Notes: generated by a model from the letters alone, not told the origin. Shown: positions 9,887-18,946, counted from the stretch's first letter. The stretch is DNA of 64,000 nucleotides from an uncultured delta proteobacterium (GCA_963760605.1 CAVXFA010000054.1:23380-87379), one strand, 5' to 3'. Program-made: numbers and translations.

Positions 9887-11224
9887 ATGGAACATCTCAG
9901 TTACAAAGATGTGAATCGGGAAATACTGCGGACGCTATCTGCAGCTCCTCGGTATTATTATCTCATCGTGGCGCTTTTATTTCTCGGGATTCTTTGGGCG
10001 GCTATCTGCTGGGGCTACCAGATCCTTACAGGTTTGGGTGTTACAGGGCTCTTGCACCCAACGATGTGGATTCTCTACCTGGTCAACTTCGTCTTCTGGA
10101 TAGGGATCGCCCATTCGGGCACTCTGATTTCCGCCATCCTTTATCTCTTCCGGGCCAGATGGCGCACGGCCATTGCCCGCAGCTCCGAGGCCATGACCGT
10201 TTTTGCTGTGATGATTGCGGGCCTGTTCGTTTTCATCCACCTGGGGCGACCCTGGATCTTCTACTGGATTATCCCCTATCCTAACGAACGAACCTTGTGG
10301 CCAGATTTTCAATCCCCCCTGATCTTTGATTTTCTGGCTGTTTCCACTTATCTTACGGTAAGCGTCCTTTTCTGGTTTACCGGGCTTGTCCCAGACCTGG
10401 CCGCAGTACGGGACCGGGCTCGGGGAATCCGGCAGAAGATTTACGGTTTCTTTTCCCTGGGCTGGACAGGGACAGACCGTCAATGGCACCATTACGGCGC
10501 CGCTTACCTTCTGCTGGCGGGCCTGGCCACTCCCCTGGTCGTCTCGGTGCACAGCGTGGTTTCCTGGGACTTCGCGCTGGCCATCATTCCTGGATACCAC
10601 AGCACGATCTTCGCCCCTTACTTCGTAGCCGGTGCGATTCATTCTGGCCTGGCCATGGTTCTCACCCTATTGATCCCCCTGCGGCGTATTTTTCGCTTCG
10701 AAAAGATCATCACCCTCAAAGACCTTGAGTCCATCGCTAAAACTACCATCCTTACCGGGCTCATCATCGGCTATTCCTACATCATCGAATATTTCATGGC
10801 CTGGTACAGCGGGAATATCTTTGAAAGACAGACTTTCATCTTCCGGGCCATCGGCCATTATTCGTTCATGTTTTGGCTCATGGTGGTCTGCAACGCGGTG
10901 GCCCCGCTCTTCTTCTTCTTCAAGAAAATTCGAACCCACCCTGGGTTCCTCTTCACCATCGCGGTTCTCATTAATATCGGCATGTGGACCGAACGTTTTG
11001 TGATCATCATCGGGTCCATGGCCCAGGACTTCATCCCTTACCAGTGGGGTTTTTACTCCCCCCGCTGGGTGGAACTTAGCATTACCGTGGGATCTTTCTG
11101 CCTGTTCCTGTTCCTTTTTCTCCTCTTTGCAAAATTCCTCCCTTCGGTCTCCATCGCCGAGGTCAAGGAGGATCTTACCCCTTCCCATAGGGGAAAAGGA
11201 AAGCGAGACCACCATGGCGCATGA
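9887..11224 (+). CDS. actC: Alternative complex III subunit C (NrfD/PsrC family)
   Basis: NFVFWIGIAHSGTLISAIL, HLGRPW, VHSVVSWDFA, GMWTERF. Confidence 0.92.
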   Translation: MEHLSYKDVNREILRTLSAAPRYYYLIVALLFLGILWAAICWGYQILTGLGVTGLLHPTMWILYLVNFVFWIGIAHSGTLISAILYLFRARWRTAIARSSEAMTVFAVMIAGLFVFIHLGRPWIFYWIIPYPNERTLWPDFQSPLIFDFLAVSTYLTVSVLFWFTGLVPDLAAVRDRARGIRQKIYGFFSLGWTGTDRQWHHYGAAYLLLAGLATPLVVSVHSVVSWDFALAIIPGYHSTIFAPYFVAGAIHSGLAMVLTLLIPLRRIFRFEKIITLKDLESIAKTTILTGLIIGYSYIIEYFMAWYSGNIFERQTFIFRAIGHYSFMFWLMVVCNAVAPLFFFFKKIRTHPGFLFTIAVLINIGMWTERFVIIIGSMAQDFIPYQWGFYSPRWVELSITVGSFCLFLFLFLLFAKFLPSVSIAEVKEDLTPSHRGKGKRDHHGA

Positions 11225-11726
11225 TCCCGCACTGCTGGGCATTTTCCCCTATCTGGATGAACTACTGGATGCTCTGAGGAAGCTGAAAAAGGCAGAATGT
11301 AAGGTTCTTACGGTATTCTCCCCCATTCATTTTTCTGAGATCCAGGAAGTCATGGGGTATAAACCAAGCCCCGTCAGATATTTCATCCTTGCCGGCGGAA
11401 TTCTGGGAGGCGCCAGCCTGGTGAGCCTGGCCGCTTACGCCCATCTAAGTTTTAAATTAATCACCAGCGGTAAACCCGTGTTGCCCCCCATCCCTTTTAT
11501 CGTGCCCTTATTCGAGGGCACTGTCCTCCTGGCGGTTATCTTTGGCGTGGTCGCCTGGGTGCTTAAGGGCCGACTGCCGCGGGTCCACCTACCCAGCGCC
11601 TATGATCCCCGTTTTTCCGAGGACCGTTTCGGAATCGTGGCCGCTTACAAAGATGGGGAACGCGATATAATTTTAAAACTCCTGCAGGATGCAGGAGCTG
11701 AAGAGGTCCGGGATGTCAACGGGTGA
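11214..11726 (+). CDS. actD: Alternative complex III subunit D (DUF3341)
   Basis: VFSPIH, SGKP, FEGTVL, YDPRFSEDRFGI; start overlaps the actC stop. Confidence 0.85.
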   Translation: MAHDPALLGIFPYLDELLDALRKLKKAECKVLTVFSPIHFSEIQEVMGYKPSPVRYFILAGGILGGASLVSLAAYAHLSFKLITSGKPVLPPIPFIVPLFEGTVLLAVIFGVVAWVLKGRLPRVHLPSAYDPRFSEDRFGIVAAYKDGERDIILKLLQDAGAEEVRDVNG

Positions 11727-12957
11727 AAACCTCCATCATCAGCCAGCCCCCCGAATTTCACCCGTTTGGACGGCACTCTTCGCCCTCCTCGCCCTCATCG
11801 GGTTGATTGCTTTTCTTCTGGGGATTTATGGGCCTCATTCTCAAAGAGCCTGGCAGGCCTATTTGATCAATTATGTTTTTTGGACTGGACTCTCCTTCGG
11901 GGCGGTGTTGTTCGTGGCCGTCTTGAACATGGCCGACGCCATGTGGGGGCGTCCCTTAAAGCGACTGGCCGAGGCCCTTGGAGCTTTCCTGCCCGCCTCT
12001 TTCCTTCTCTTCTGGGTTCTGTACTTGGGTCGGCAAGAGATCTTTCCCTGGGTGCGGCAGCCGAACCCAGAGAAGCAGATCTGGCTGAATGCCGGGTTTA
12101 TGTTTGCCCGGAATGGAGTGGGTCTCTTTCTGCTCACCGCCCTTTCTTTGGCTCTGATTTATTATTCCGTAAGAGGAGACAAAGAAATGGCCCGCCGCCT
12201 GAACGGGATCGTTCCGGTTAACCACGTTGTCGATGCAAATGAAGAGACCTGCTGGCGGGCTCAGCGGGTGCTCTCTCCGATCATAGGAATTGTTTACGCC
12301 TTTGTCTTAAGCTTCCTGGCCTTTGATCTGATCATGTCTCTTGATCCCCACTGGTACAGCACCCTCTTTGGGGCCTATTATTTCATGTCCAGCTTTTACA
12401 CTGCGTTGGCCGCTTTGTATCTTCTTTCCCCAATATCCCTGAAGGCCCGTGGCCTGAGCGAAACCATTCACGCCCATCACCTCCATGACCTGGGAAAGCT
12501 TGTTTTCGCCTTTTGCCTGTTCACCGGCTATCTCTTCTATACCCAGTTCCTGGTGATCTGGTATGGCAACCTTCCGGAAGAAACCCGTTATATCATCTTA
12601 CGACTCCGTTTCACGCCGTGGGAACCCATAGCCTGGATTATTCTGGCGACGATTTTCGTCATTCCCTTTATCGTGCTTCTGAGTCGAAAGATCAAAATGA
12701 AACCGGTGGCGATGATGATCATCAGCGGAATGATCCTCGTGGGAATGTGGTTGGAACGATTCATCCTGGTGGCCCCTTCGATTTGGAAGGGGGAAGGGCT
12801 CCCGATCGGGCCGATGGAAGTCTTGATTACTGCGGGATTTTTCGGGATTCTGGCCCTGAGTTTGGTTATCTTTCTCAGGAGGGTTCCCCTGCTACCGATC
12901 TCCGATCCGCTTTTCCGAAAGTCCATCGAACCACACGAAGAAAAGGAGAAACCCTGA
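11713..12957 (+). CDS. actF: Alternative complex III subunit F (second NrfD-like membrane subunit)
   Basis: RAWQAYLIN, WGRPLKRLAE, MSLDPHWYSTLFG, QFLVIWYGNLPEE. Confidence 0.85.
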   Translation: MSTGENLHHQPAPRISPVWTALFALLALIGLIAFLLGIYGPHSQRAWQAYLINYVFWTGLSFGAVLFVAVLNMADAMWGRPLKRLAEALGAFLPASFLLFWVLYLGRQEIFPWVRQPNPEKQIWLNAGFMFARNGVGLFLLTALSLALIYYSVRGDKEMARRLNGIVPVNHVVDANEETCWRAQRVLSPIIGIVYAFVLSFLAFDLIMSLDPHWYSTLFGAYYFMSSFYTALAALYLLSPISLKARGLSETIHAHHLHDLGKLVFAFCLFTGYLFYTQFLVIWYGNLPEETRYIILRLRFTPWEPIAWIILATIFVIPFIVLLSRKIKMKPVAMMIISGMILVGMWLERFILVAPSIWKGEGLPIGPMEVLITAGFFGILALSLVIFLRRVPLLPISDPLFRKSIEPHEEKEKP

Positions 12958-12967
12958 GAAGGGATGA

Positions 12968-13036
12968 AAGTACCTAACGTGCGCTAAAATGCCTGACATG
13001 CGCTAAAGTGTTCTTAATTAGAAATGCCTAAAGTTG
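12968..13036. repeat. 9-10-nt-unit array (ATGCCTAAA), array A2; its last unit contains the actA ATG
   Basis: TGCGCTAAAATGCCT (12980-12994) is the exact reverse complement of 9843-9857. Confidence 0.75.
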
Positions 13037-13566
13037 ACTCAGAAAACACAGCAATAAAACCTGGACGGGGATTTATCTGGCTGGGGATTGTGGCAATTTT
13101 TTTTGCCGTCATGTTATATTTTATATACTTCTATCCCCAGCGAGATATTGGCCCGCAGCAGCCAATTTATTTCAGTCACCGGGTCCATGCAGGGGAGAAA
13201 GAGATCCACTGTCGCTTCTGTCATCCCTTCGTGGAACGGTCCCCGAATGCCGGCATTCCGCCCATGGAAAAATGTTTCTTTTGTCATGACTATATTATTC
13301 CCATGCACCCGCAGATCCTCAAAGAAAAGGAGCACTACGAAGCGAAAAAACCCGTTCCCTGGGTGCGTATTTACTGGGTCCCCGACTTCGTTTTTTTCAA
13401 CCACATCCCCCATATCAAATGGGCGAAGCTCGATTGTACCGAATGCCATGGGGATGTGAAAAGGATGGACCGGCTGCGCCCGGTGAAATTCCAGATGGGG
13501 TTTTGCATTGGCTGTCATCGAAAAAGAGGAGCGCAGGTAGATTGCTGGCTGGCGTGTCACCGTTAG
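13024..13566 (+). CDS. actA: Membrane-anchored pentahaem cytochrome c, ACIII subunit A / QrcA-like
   Basis: N-terminal TM, PQQPIYFSHRVHAG, four CxxCH plus a terminal CWLACH. Confidence 0.88.
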   Translation: MPKVDSENTAIKPGRGFIWLGIVAIFFAVMLYFIYFYPQRDIGPQQPIYFSHRVHAGEKEIHCRFCHPFVERSPNAGIPPMEKCFFCHDYIIPMHPQILKEKEHYEAKKPVPWVRIYWVPDFVFFNHIPHIKWAKLDCTECHGDVKRMDRLRPVKFQMGFCIGCHRKRGAQVDCWLACHR

Positions 13567-13567
13567 A

Positions 13568-13616
13568 AGTGCCTAAAGTGAGCTAAAATGCCTGAAGTGC
13601 CTAAAGTGCACTAAAG
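13568..13616. repeat. 9-10-nt-unit array (GTGCCTAAA), array A3
   Basis: 13568-13607 is the reverse complement of 14160-14199 at 36/40 positions. Confidence 0.8.
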
Positions 13617-13764
13617 TACTAAGGAGTCTATAATTGACCAGACATATTCTTCCAAAATCTCCCCTGACCCCTCTTTTCCAAAGAGGGGAAATTCCTCCCT
13701 TTTGTAAAGGGAGGGAAGGAGGGATTTGGTCTTCGGTGTCTATATAATTATGGACTGACTAATA
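13617..13764. mobile_element. 148-bp MITE, TA-bounded, copy 1
   Basis: Near-identical inverted copy at 37146-37293; imperfect TIRs TACTAAGGAGTCTATAATT / AATTATGGACTGACTAATA; internal CCCCTCTTT..AAAGAGGGG palindromes. Confidence 0.8.
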
Positions 13765-13766
13765 AA

Positions 13767-14123
13767 ATGAATAATAGACAATTTGCTCAAAAGCTAGAAA
13801 AACGAACACGCGATTTTGCGGTGAGGATGATTCGGTTGGCTGCAACTCTACCGAACACGCCAGAGGGCAAATTAATAAGGGAGCAAAAAACCAAGTCAGC
13901 AACCTCGATAGGTGCCAATTACCACGAAGCCAATCGGTCAAGGAGTAAGGCCGATTTCAGAAATAAGATCGATATTTGTGAAAGTGAGGCGAGCGAAACC
14001 AAACATTGGATAGAGATTATTTCAGATTTGCAGTGGCTGCCAAAGGAACAACTGAAACCAGAACATGAGGAAGGTAGCGAACTACTGGCTATCTTTACTT
14101 CCATTAGCAAAAAGTGTAAGTAA
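13767..14123 (+). CDS. Four helix bundle protein (23S rRNA intervening-sequence protein / Avd-like family)
   Basis: LEKRTRDFAVRMI..SATSIGANYHEA..SKADFRNKIDICESEASET..W. Confidence 0.85.
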   Translation: MNNRQFAQKLEKRTRDFAVRMIRLAATLPNTPEGKLIREQKTKSATSIGANYHEANRSRSKADFRNKIDICESEASETKHWIEIISDLQWLPKEQLKPEHEEGSELLAIFTSISKKCK

Positions 14124-14130
14124 TGTGTTA

Positions 14131-14200
14131 CTCAACTTTAGGCACTCTGGGCACTTTGAACTTTAGGCACTTTAGGCACTCTAGCGCACTTTAGGCACTC
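14131..14200. repeat. 9-10-nt-unit array (TTTAGGCAC), array A4
   Basis: About seven units immediately before the ccoN ATG; inverted relative to A2 and A3. Confidence 0.8.
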
Positions 14201-14205
14201 TCATC

Positions 14206-15600
14206 ATGGAGCAACAGGGGAGAACGATATTGCCGCCACTTCACGAAGGGACTTATGCAACGGTGAGAGGGTTTTTTGTCACTTCAGCCTCCTGGTTTGT
14301 GGGCGCGACTGTGGCCGGGATCATCATGGCGATCGCTCTGGTGGCGCCGGATTTCATAAGAAATATCCCCTGGCTTGTTTTTGGAAGAATTCGCCCCATC
14401 CACACCAACGTGATGATCTTTGGCTTCGTCGGCTCAGCTCTGCTGGGTGCGACCCACTTCCTAGTCCCCACTCTGGTCCGTGCCCCTCTTTATAGCGAAA
14501 AGATCGGCCGGATCACATTATGGATATGGAATCTGGCCCTGGCCGCCGGTACCGTTACCCTCGCCTTGGGCTACACTCAGAGCCGGGAGTATGCCGAATG
14601 GATCTGGCCGGTAGACCTCATGGTTCTCCTCTCCTTTTCCCTGATGTTTTACAACCTGCTAAGGACCGTCATCCTGCGCCAGGAAAAACTTCTCTACGTC
14701 TCCGTCTGGTATGCTTTCGCGGCCCTGATCTTCACCTTCTTTATTTACTTTTTCGGAAACGCCGTCTGGAATCCGGCCACCGGCGCCATCACCGGCATGC
14801 CGGATGCGATCCTGGCTTGGTTTTACGGCCACGGGATCGTTGGCCTGTTCCTCACCCCCCTGGCCGTGGGCGTGGCGTACTATGTCATCCCCATCGTCAG
14901 CCGCGCCCCACTCTTCAGCCATGCCCTGTCGCTTCTCGGTTTCTGGTCAATCCTCATGTTCTATCCTCATATCGGCACCCATCACCTTCTGCAGACCCCG
15001 GCCCCGACCTGGTTGAAGGTAGTGGCGATTACCGGAAGTATCGGCATGCTCATCCCCGTCCAGACCGTCCTGTTGAATCTCTGGTTGACTCTACGGGGCC
15101 GGCTGGGAAATATTCATGCGGACATTGGCGGAAAATTCGTCTTTGCCGGGCTGGTCTGGTACATGCTGGTCTGCCTCCAGGGCCCCCTACAATCCCTGCC
15201 CTATGTCCAGCGATTGACCCATCTGACTAACTGGGTGGTTGCCCATGCCCACATTGCGGTTTTGGGATTTTCCGGATTCATTGGACTGGGCGGGGTCTAT
15301 TTCATCATCCCCAGAATTACGGGGCGCCCCCTCTACAGCAACAAGCTGGCGGACATTCAGTACTGGTTGATCCTCATCGGGCTCACTGGATTTTTTCTCG
15401 TCCTGACGACTGCTGGCCTCATTCAGGGGAACGGGTGGTTGAATGGAGAAGTGGTTTACAGAATCTTGCCCCAAATATATGTCTATTTCTTTTTGCGGGC
15501 TTCTTTGGGAATTCTCATCGTCGGCGGAGCCGTCATCGGCCTCTACAATATTTTAAGAAGCCTGTATGGGTCCCATCCGAGTGAGGATCGTTCCCTATGA
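14206..15600 (+). CDS. ccoN: cbb3-type (family C) haem-copper oxidase subunit I
   Basis: GRIRPIHTN, SREYAE, WFYGHG, FYPHIGTHHLL, WVVAHAH: all six His ligands and the helix VII Tyr are present. Confidence 0.92.
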   Translation: MEQQGRTILPPLHEGTYATVRGFFVTSASWFVGATVAGIIMAIALVAPDFIRNIPWLVFGRIRPIHTNVMIFGFVGSALLGATHFLVPTLVRAPLYSEKIGRITLWIWNLALAAGTVTLALGYTQSREYAEWIWPVDLMVLLSFSLMFYNLLRTVILRQEKLLYVSVWYAFAALIFTFFIYFFGNAVWNPATGAITGMPDAILAWFYGHGIVGLFLTPLAVGVAYYVIPIVSRAPLFSHALSLLGFWSILMFYPHIGTHHLLQTPAPTWLKVVAITGSIGMLIPVQTVLLNLWLTLRGRLGNIHADIGGKFVFAGLVWYMLVCLQGPLQSLPYVQRLTHLTNWVVAHAHIAVLGFSGFIGLGGVYFIIPRITGRPLYSNKLADIQYWLILIGLTGFFLVLTTAGLIQGNGWLNGEVVYRILPQIYVYFFLRASLGILIVGGAVIGLYNILRSLYGSHPSEDRSL

Positions 15601-16547
15601 AAATGACTCTGAACCTGCTCGTCTATGGAAGTCTGATGATCTTTGCTTCGATCCTGGCGGTTGCCGTAATCCTCCCCTGGGCCACGATGAGCGATAAACC
15701 ATCGGAGATTTTCCGCGAAAGGACGGCACTGGAGGAGGAGGGGCGGAAGATCTACATTGCCAATGGCTGCACCTATTGCCATACCCAGTTCATCCGCTAT
15801 CTGGACTGGGATTTGGGAGCGGAGAGAATCGCCCGGGCGGGAGACTATATCCGGGAACAGCCTCACCTTCTGGGCTCGGAGCGCACCGGCCCGGACCTTT
15901 CTCAGGAAGGGGGAGAGCATCCGGATGATTGGCATATGGCCCATTACACCAACCCGCGTTTTACCCGGCCCGAATCCCTGATGCCGTCCTTTGAATTTTT
16001 GGGGAAAGAGAAGATTAAGGCCCTCATCGCCTACAAGCAAAGTTTGGGATTCAAGGATGCGGACCTCCGGGTCGAGCGGCAGCGCTTCTGGAAGCAAAAG
16101 GCCATCGAAGCTTACCAGGCTGGCCCGGACAAAAATATCGAATGGCTGCATTCTAAGGTTCCCGAACCCTGGAGAAAATTGCCCAACCCTTTCCCCACCT
16201 CCGAAGCCGGTCTGAAACGGGGCCACCGTATATACCAGAGCTTTTGTATCGGATGCCATGGGCCGATCGGTGACGGCATGGGATCGGCCGAGCCTTACCT
16301 GTACCCCCCCCCGCTGAATTTCACGCTGCTAGCAGGGAGGGGAATTTCCGGGGGGATTCTCTATTATCAGATTATGAACGGGATCACCGGCACGGCCATG
16401 CCCTATTTCAAAAGGGAGCTGGAGTCGGAGAAGATTTGGGATGTAGGCAATTACGTGGCCGTGAATTTCATCGGCGAATCCGATGCCGGAGCGGAACCCA
16501 GGGGCATTGCCGCCGCCTTTCAACCCCCGGTGAAAGGTGAAAAGTAA
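15597..16547 (+). CDS. ccoO: cbb3 oxidase subunit II fused to a second cytochrome c domain (di-haem)
   Basis: GCTYCHTQFIR, GSERTGPDL, SLMP; second domain CIGCHG..GTAMP. Confidence 0.88.
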   Translation: MKMTLNLLVYGSLMIFASILAVAVILPWATMSDKPSEIFRERTALEEEGRKIYIANGCTYCHTQFIRYLDWDLGAERIARAGDYIREQPHLLGSERTGPDLSQEGGEHPDDWHMAHYTNPRFTRPESLMPSFEFLGKEKIKALIAYKQSLGFKDADLRVERQRFWKQKAIEAYQAGPDKNIEWLHSKVPEPWRKLPNPFPTSEAGLKRGHRIYQSFCIGCHGPIGDGMGSAEPYLYPPPLNFTLLAGRGISGGILYYQIMNGITGTAMPYFKRELESEKIWDVGNYVAVNFIGESDAGAEPRGIAAAFQPPVKGEK

Positions 16548-16548
16548 T

Positions 16549-16809
16549 ATGTACTATCTTTCCTGGATCGTTCTGGTGGTCATTAGTTTGTGGGTCAGCG
16601 TCGTCGGCTTTATCTGGGCGCTCAAGAGCGGACAATTTTCCGATCAGAGTAGAGCCCGGTATCTTCCGCTGCGAGATGATTTTCCTTTACCTCCGGTGAA
16701 GAATCCGGCAAAATTCTCTGCCGAAGTTTATTTCCTTCTGGCGGTCCTGGGAATTGGGTGTTCCATTTTGCTCGTTGTCCTGATCCTGACGTTTGTCCAT
16801 TCTAAGTGA
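16549..16809 (+). CDS. ccoS: cbb3 oxidase assembly protein CcoS with an extra C-terminal TM helix
   Basis: FIWALKSGQFSD motif. Confidence 0.8.
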   Translation: MYYLSWIVLVVISLWVSVVGFIWALKSGQFSDQSRARYLPLRDDFPLPPVKNPAKFSAEVYFLLAVLGIGCSILLVVLILTFVHSK

Positions 16810-16820
16810 GGAAAGAAGCC

Positions 16821-17099
16821 ATGCGGTTTTTTTACGTCCTGGATTTTCAATACCTGATTCTGGCGCTCTTCTTCGGCATCATTTCGGTCTTTCTCATTTA
16901 TTTGGGATTCATGAGCTATCGCTTCTCCCAGAAAAGAAAAGAGGAGGGTGAGACCGCCGAAGAACGTTATGAATACCCCGGCGGGCTGCGGATTCAGAAC
17001 CATCCCCTTCCCCCGTTTTTGATTTTTATTTGTCTGGGATTTGCCCTTTGGGCCATCGCCTACGTGATTTTGATCGGCCTGCGGGGAGGACCTTTCTAA
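16821..17099 (+). CDS. Small two-TM membrane protein of the cco cluster
   Basis: Two hydrophobic helices flank EYPGGLRIQNHPLP; operon position. Confidence 0.7.
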   Translation: MRFFYVLDFQYLILALFFGIISVFLIYLGFMSYRFSQKRKEEGETAEERYEYPGGLRIQNHPLPPFLIFICLGFALWAIAYVILIGLRGGPF

Positions 17100-17170
17100 A
17101 TACAGGGATGAGTGAAGTGTGATGAACGATGAGTAACGAATGACAAATGAAAAATAAGGATGATTAACGA

Positions 17171-17197
17171 CTTGCGACTCACGACTCAGGACTTACG
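17171..17197. repeat. 7-nt-unit array (ACGACTC), complementary to 9786-9812
   Basis: cttgcgactc acgactc aggactt acg. Confidence 0.6.
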
Positions 17198-17226
17198 AAA
17201 AATCCCCTCTGCGAATAGAGTGACGA

Positions 17227-17523
17227 GTGATGAGGGATGAGTTAAAACAAGGCATGGAGTCCAGAAGCCAGGGAAACAAAACAGACTTGCGCAGCTGGAT
17301 GATCATTCTAGCGATCGCCATTCTATTCTTCTGCTATGGTCTTTTCATGTTTCTGGCGGTTGGAGATAAAGGCCCACCCGGCTGGGATTTCGGTGTCGTG
17401 GAGGATGTTCCTGGAGAATCCGCTTATTCCACGCATCCCCCGGGGGCTCCGGAGCCAGAGCCGCAACACGTCTCCCAGAAGCCGCCGCAAGCTGAGATTA
17501 ACGTGAGTAAGGAAAACCCATGA
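17227..17523 (+). CDS. Small single-TM membrane protein of the cco cluster (start may be 17254)
   Basis: TM helix followed by VGDKGPPGWDFGVVEDVPGESAYS; stop overlaps the next start. Confidence 0.65.
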   Translation: MMRDELKQGMESRSQGNKTDLRSWMIILAIAILFFCYGLFMFLAVGDKGPPGWDFGVVEDVPGESAYSTHPPGAPEPEPQHVSQKPPQAEINVSKENP

Positions 17524-18110
17524 CCTGTCTAAAGAAGATTCTTTGCATTATTCACAACGGCACTCTTCACCGGGGAAAAACAAAAATCCCCCCTTTATTA
17601 AAGGGGGGACGGGGGGATTTAAGAACCACTTGCCTTACAATGGGACTCGTCTTTCTGCTTTCGGCAATCTGGGGATGCGACTATGCCCGCATGTATGACC
17701 AGGAGTCGGTGCGTACGTATAAGAAAGGAATTCCGGAAATGCCTCCCGAAACGATTCCCACAACCGGGGGGTTCCAGATTTTGAACAGCGCGGAACCCAA
17801 AAATCTAAAGAACCCCCTTCCCTATACTAAAGAGGCAGTGGACCAGGGGAAGGAAGCTTACTTCTACTTCTGTGTTCAGTGCCACGGGCCTAAAGCTGAC
17901 GGCAACGGTACCGTCGGACAAAGCTTTGCTCCCCTGCCCGCCAATCTCACGGAATCAGCCGTGCAAGGCCAGAGTGATGGAGAACTGTTTTCCAAGATCA
18001 GCCTGGGCTTTGGCCGGCATCCTTTCCTGGCGAGCACGGTTTCCGAGGCAGACCGCTGGGCGGTGGTGAATTACATCCGATCCCTGAAGAAGGAGACCAC
18101 AAAAGGATAG
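17520..18110 (+). CDS. actE: Monohaem cytochrome c lipoprotein, ActE-like
   Basis: Lipobox-like AIWGC, RMYDQ, NPLP, CVQCHG..GNG.VG; true start may be ~17640. Confidence 0.65.
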   Translation: MTCLKKILCIIHNGTLHRGKTKIPPLLKGGRGDLRTTCLTMGLVFLLSAIWGCDYARMYDQESVRTYKKGIPEMPPETIPTTGGFQILNSAEPKNLKNPLPYTKEAVDQGKEAYFYFCVQCHGPKADGNGTVGQSFAPLPANLTESAVQGQSDGELFSKISLGFGRHPFLASTVSEADRWAVVNYIRSLKKETTKG

Positions 18111-18184
18111 GACGCTGATTTTCGCAGATCATCACAGATAAGATTTTTATTAAATCCTGAGAATCTGCGTCCCAATAATTCTTT

Positions 18185-18884
18185 ATGTTTGATCTTTTCG
18201 CCCCCCTGATCATCGGGTTCGTCGGAAGTCTCCATTGCTTGGGGATGTGCGGCCCATTGGTCATGGCGTACTCCCTTCATGTTGGCAAACCCGGAGACCT
18301 TAGACCCACAGAAGCGCCTTCCCTTTGGTTGAACGGTCTTGCCCATCATCTATCTTTCCATCTCGGGCGCCTTTTTACCTATGGTCTGCTCGGTACATTG
18401 GCCGCTAGCTCTTGCCCATCTCGCCAGCTTCAACCAATTTTTTGCGGGGCTGCGCTCCAGCTTAACCCTCACGGGCGGGATCTTGATGATCCTGCTGGGT
18501 CTGGTGCTTTTAAAGGTCCTCCCCCTACCCTCTTCCACGACAGATTTATCGATGACCACCGGGTCTTTTATTGCCCGTAGGCTCTCTCCCTTTTTTCGAT
18601 CTCAAAGCTTAGCGTCGAAGATCGCTTTAGGGTTCCTTACGGGTTTTTTGCCCTGCCTGCTCTCCTGGGCCATGATCATCAAGGCGGCCACTACACAAAG
18701 CCCTCTGGGCGGATTCCTGACGATGTTCACGTTTGGACTGGGCACAGTCCCTGCTCTCTTTTTTATCGGGCTTTCCGCTTCCCTGCTTTCTTTAAGAGCC
18801 AGATTGCTGGGGGAGCGGGCGGCGGCTATTTCTGTCATCGCCATGGGATTGATCCTAGTTTACAAAGGAGCTGTATCAATTTAG
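18185..18884 (+). pseudogene. Sulfite exporter TauE/SafE / DsbD_2-family cbb3 biogenesis protein, with a +1 frameshift near 18410
   Basis: GSLHCLGMCGP in the first frame and GFLPC..FGLGTVP in the second. May be an assembly indel. Confidence 0.75.
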
Positions 18885-18946
18885 CCTTTGGAAAAGAAGC
18901 ACTAAATGTCATTGAAAAGTGAAAATTGCAAAATGATAAATGAAAA

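Noticed and set aside
13568-14200. CRISPR array or diversity-generating retroelement
   Set aside because: Units are 9-10 nt with no unique spacers and no cas genes; no reverse transcriptase or TR/VR pair is visible despite the Avd-like protein
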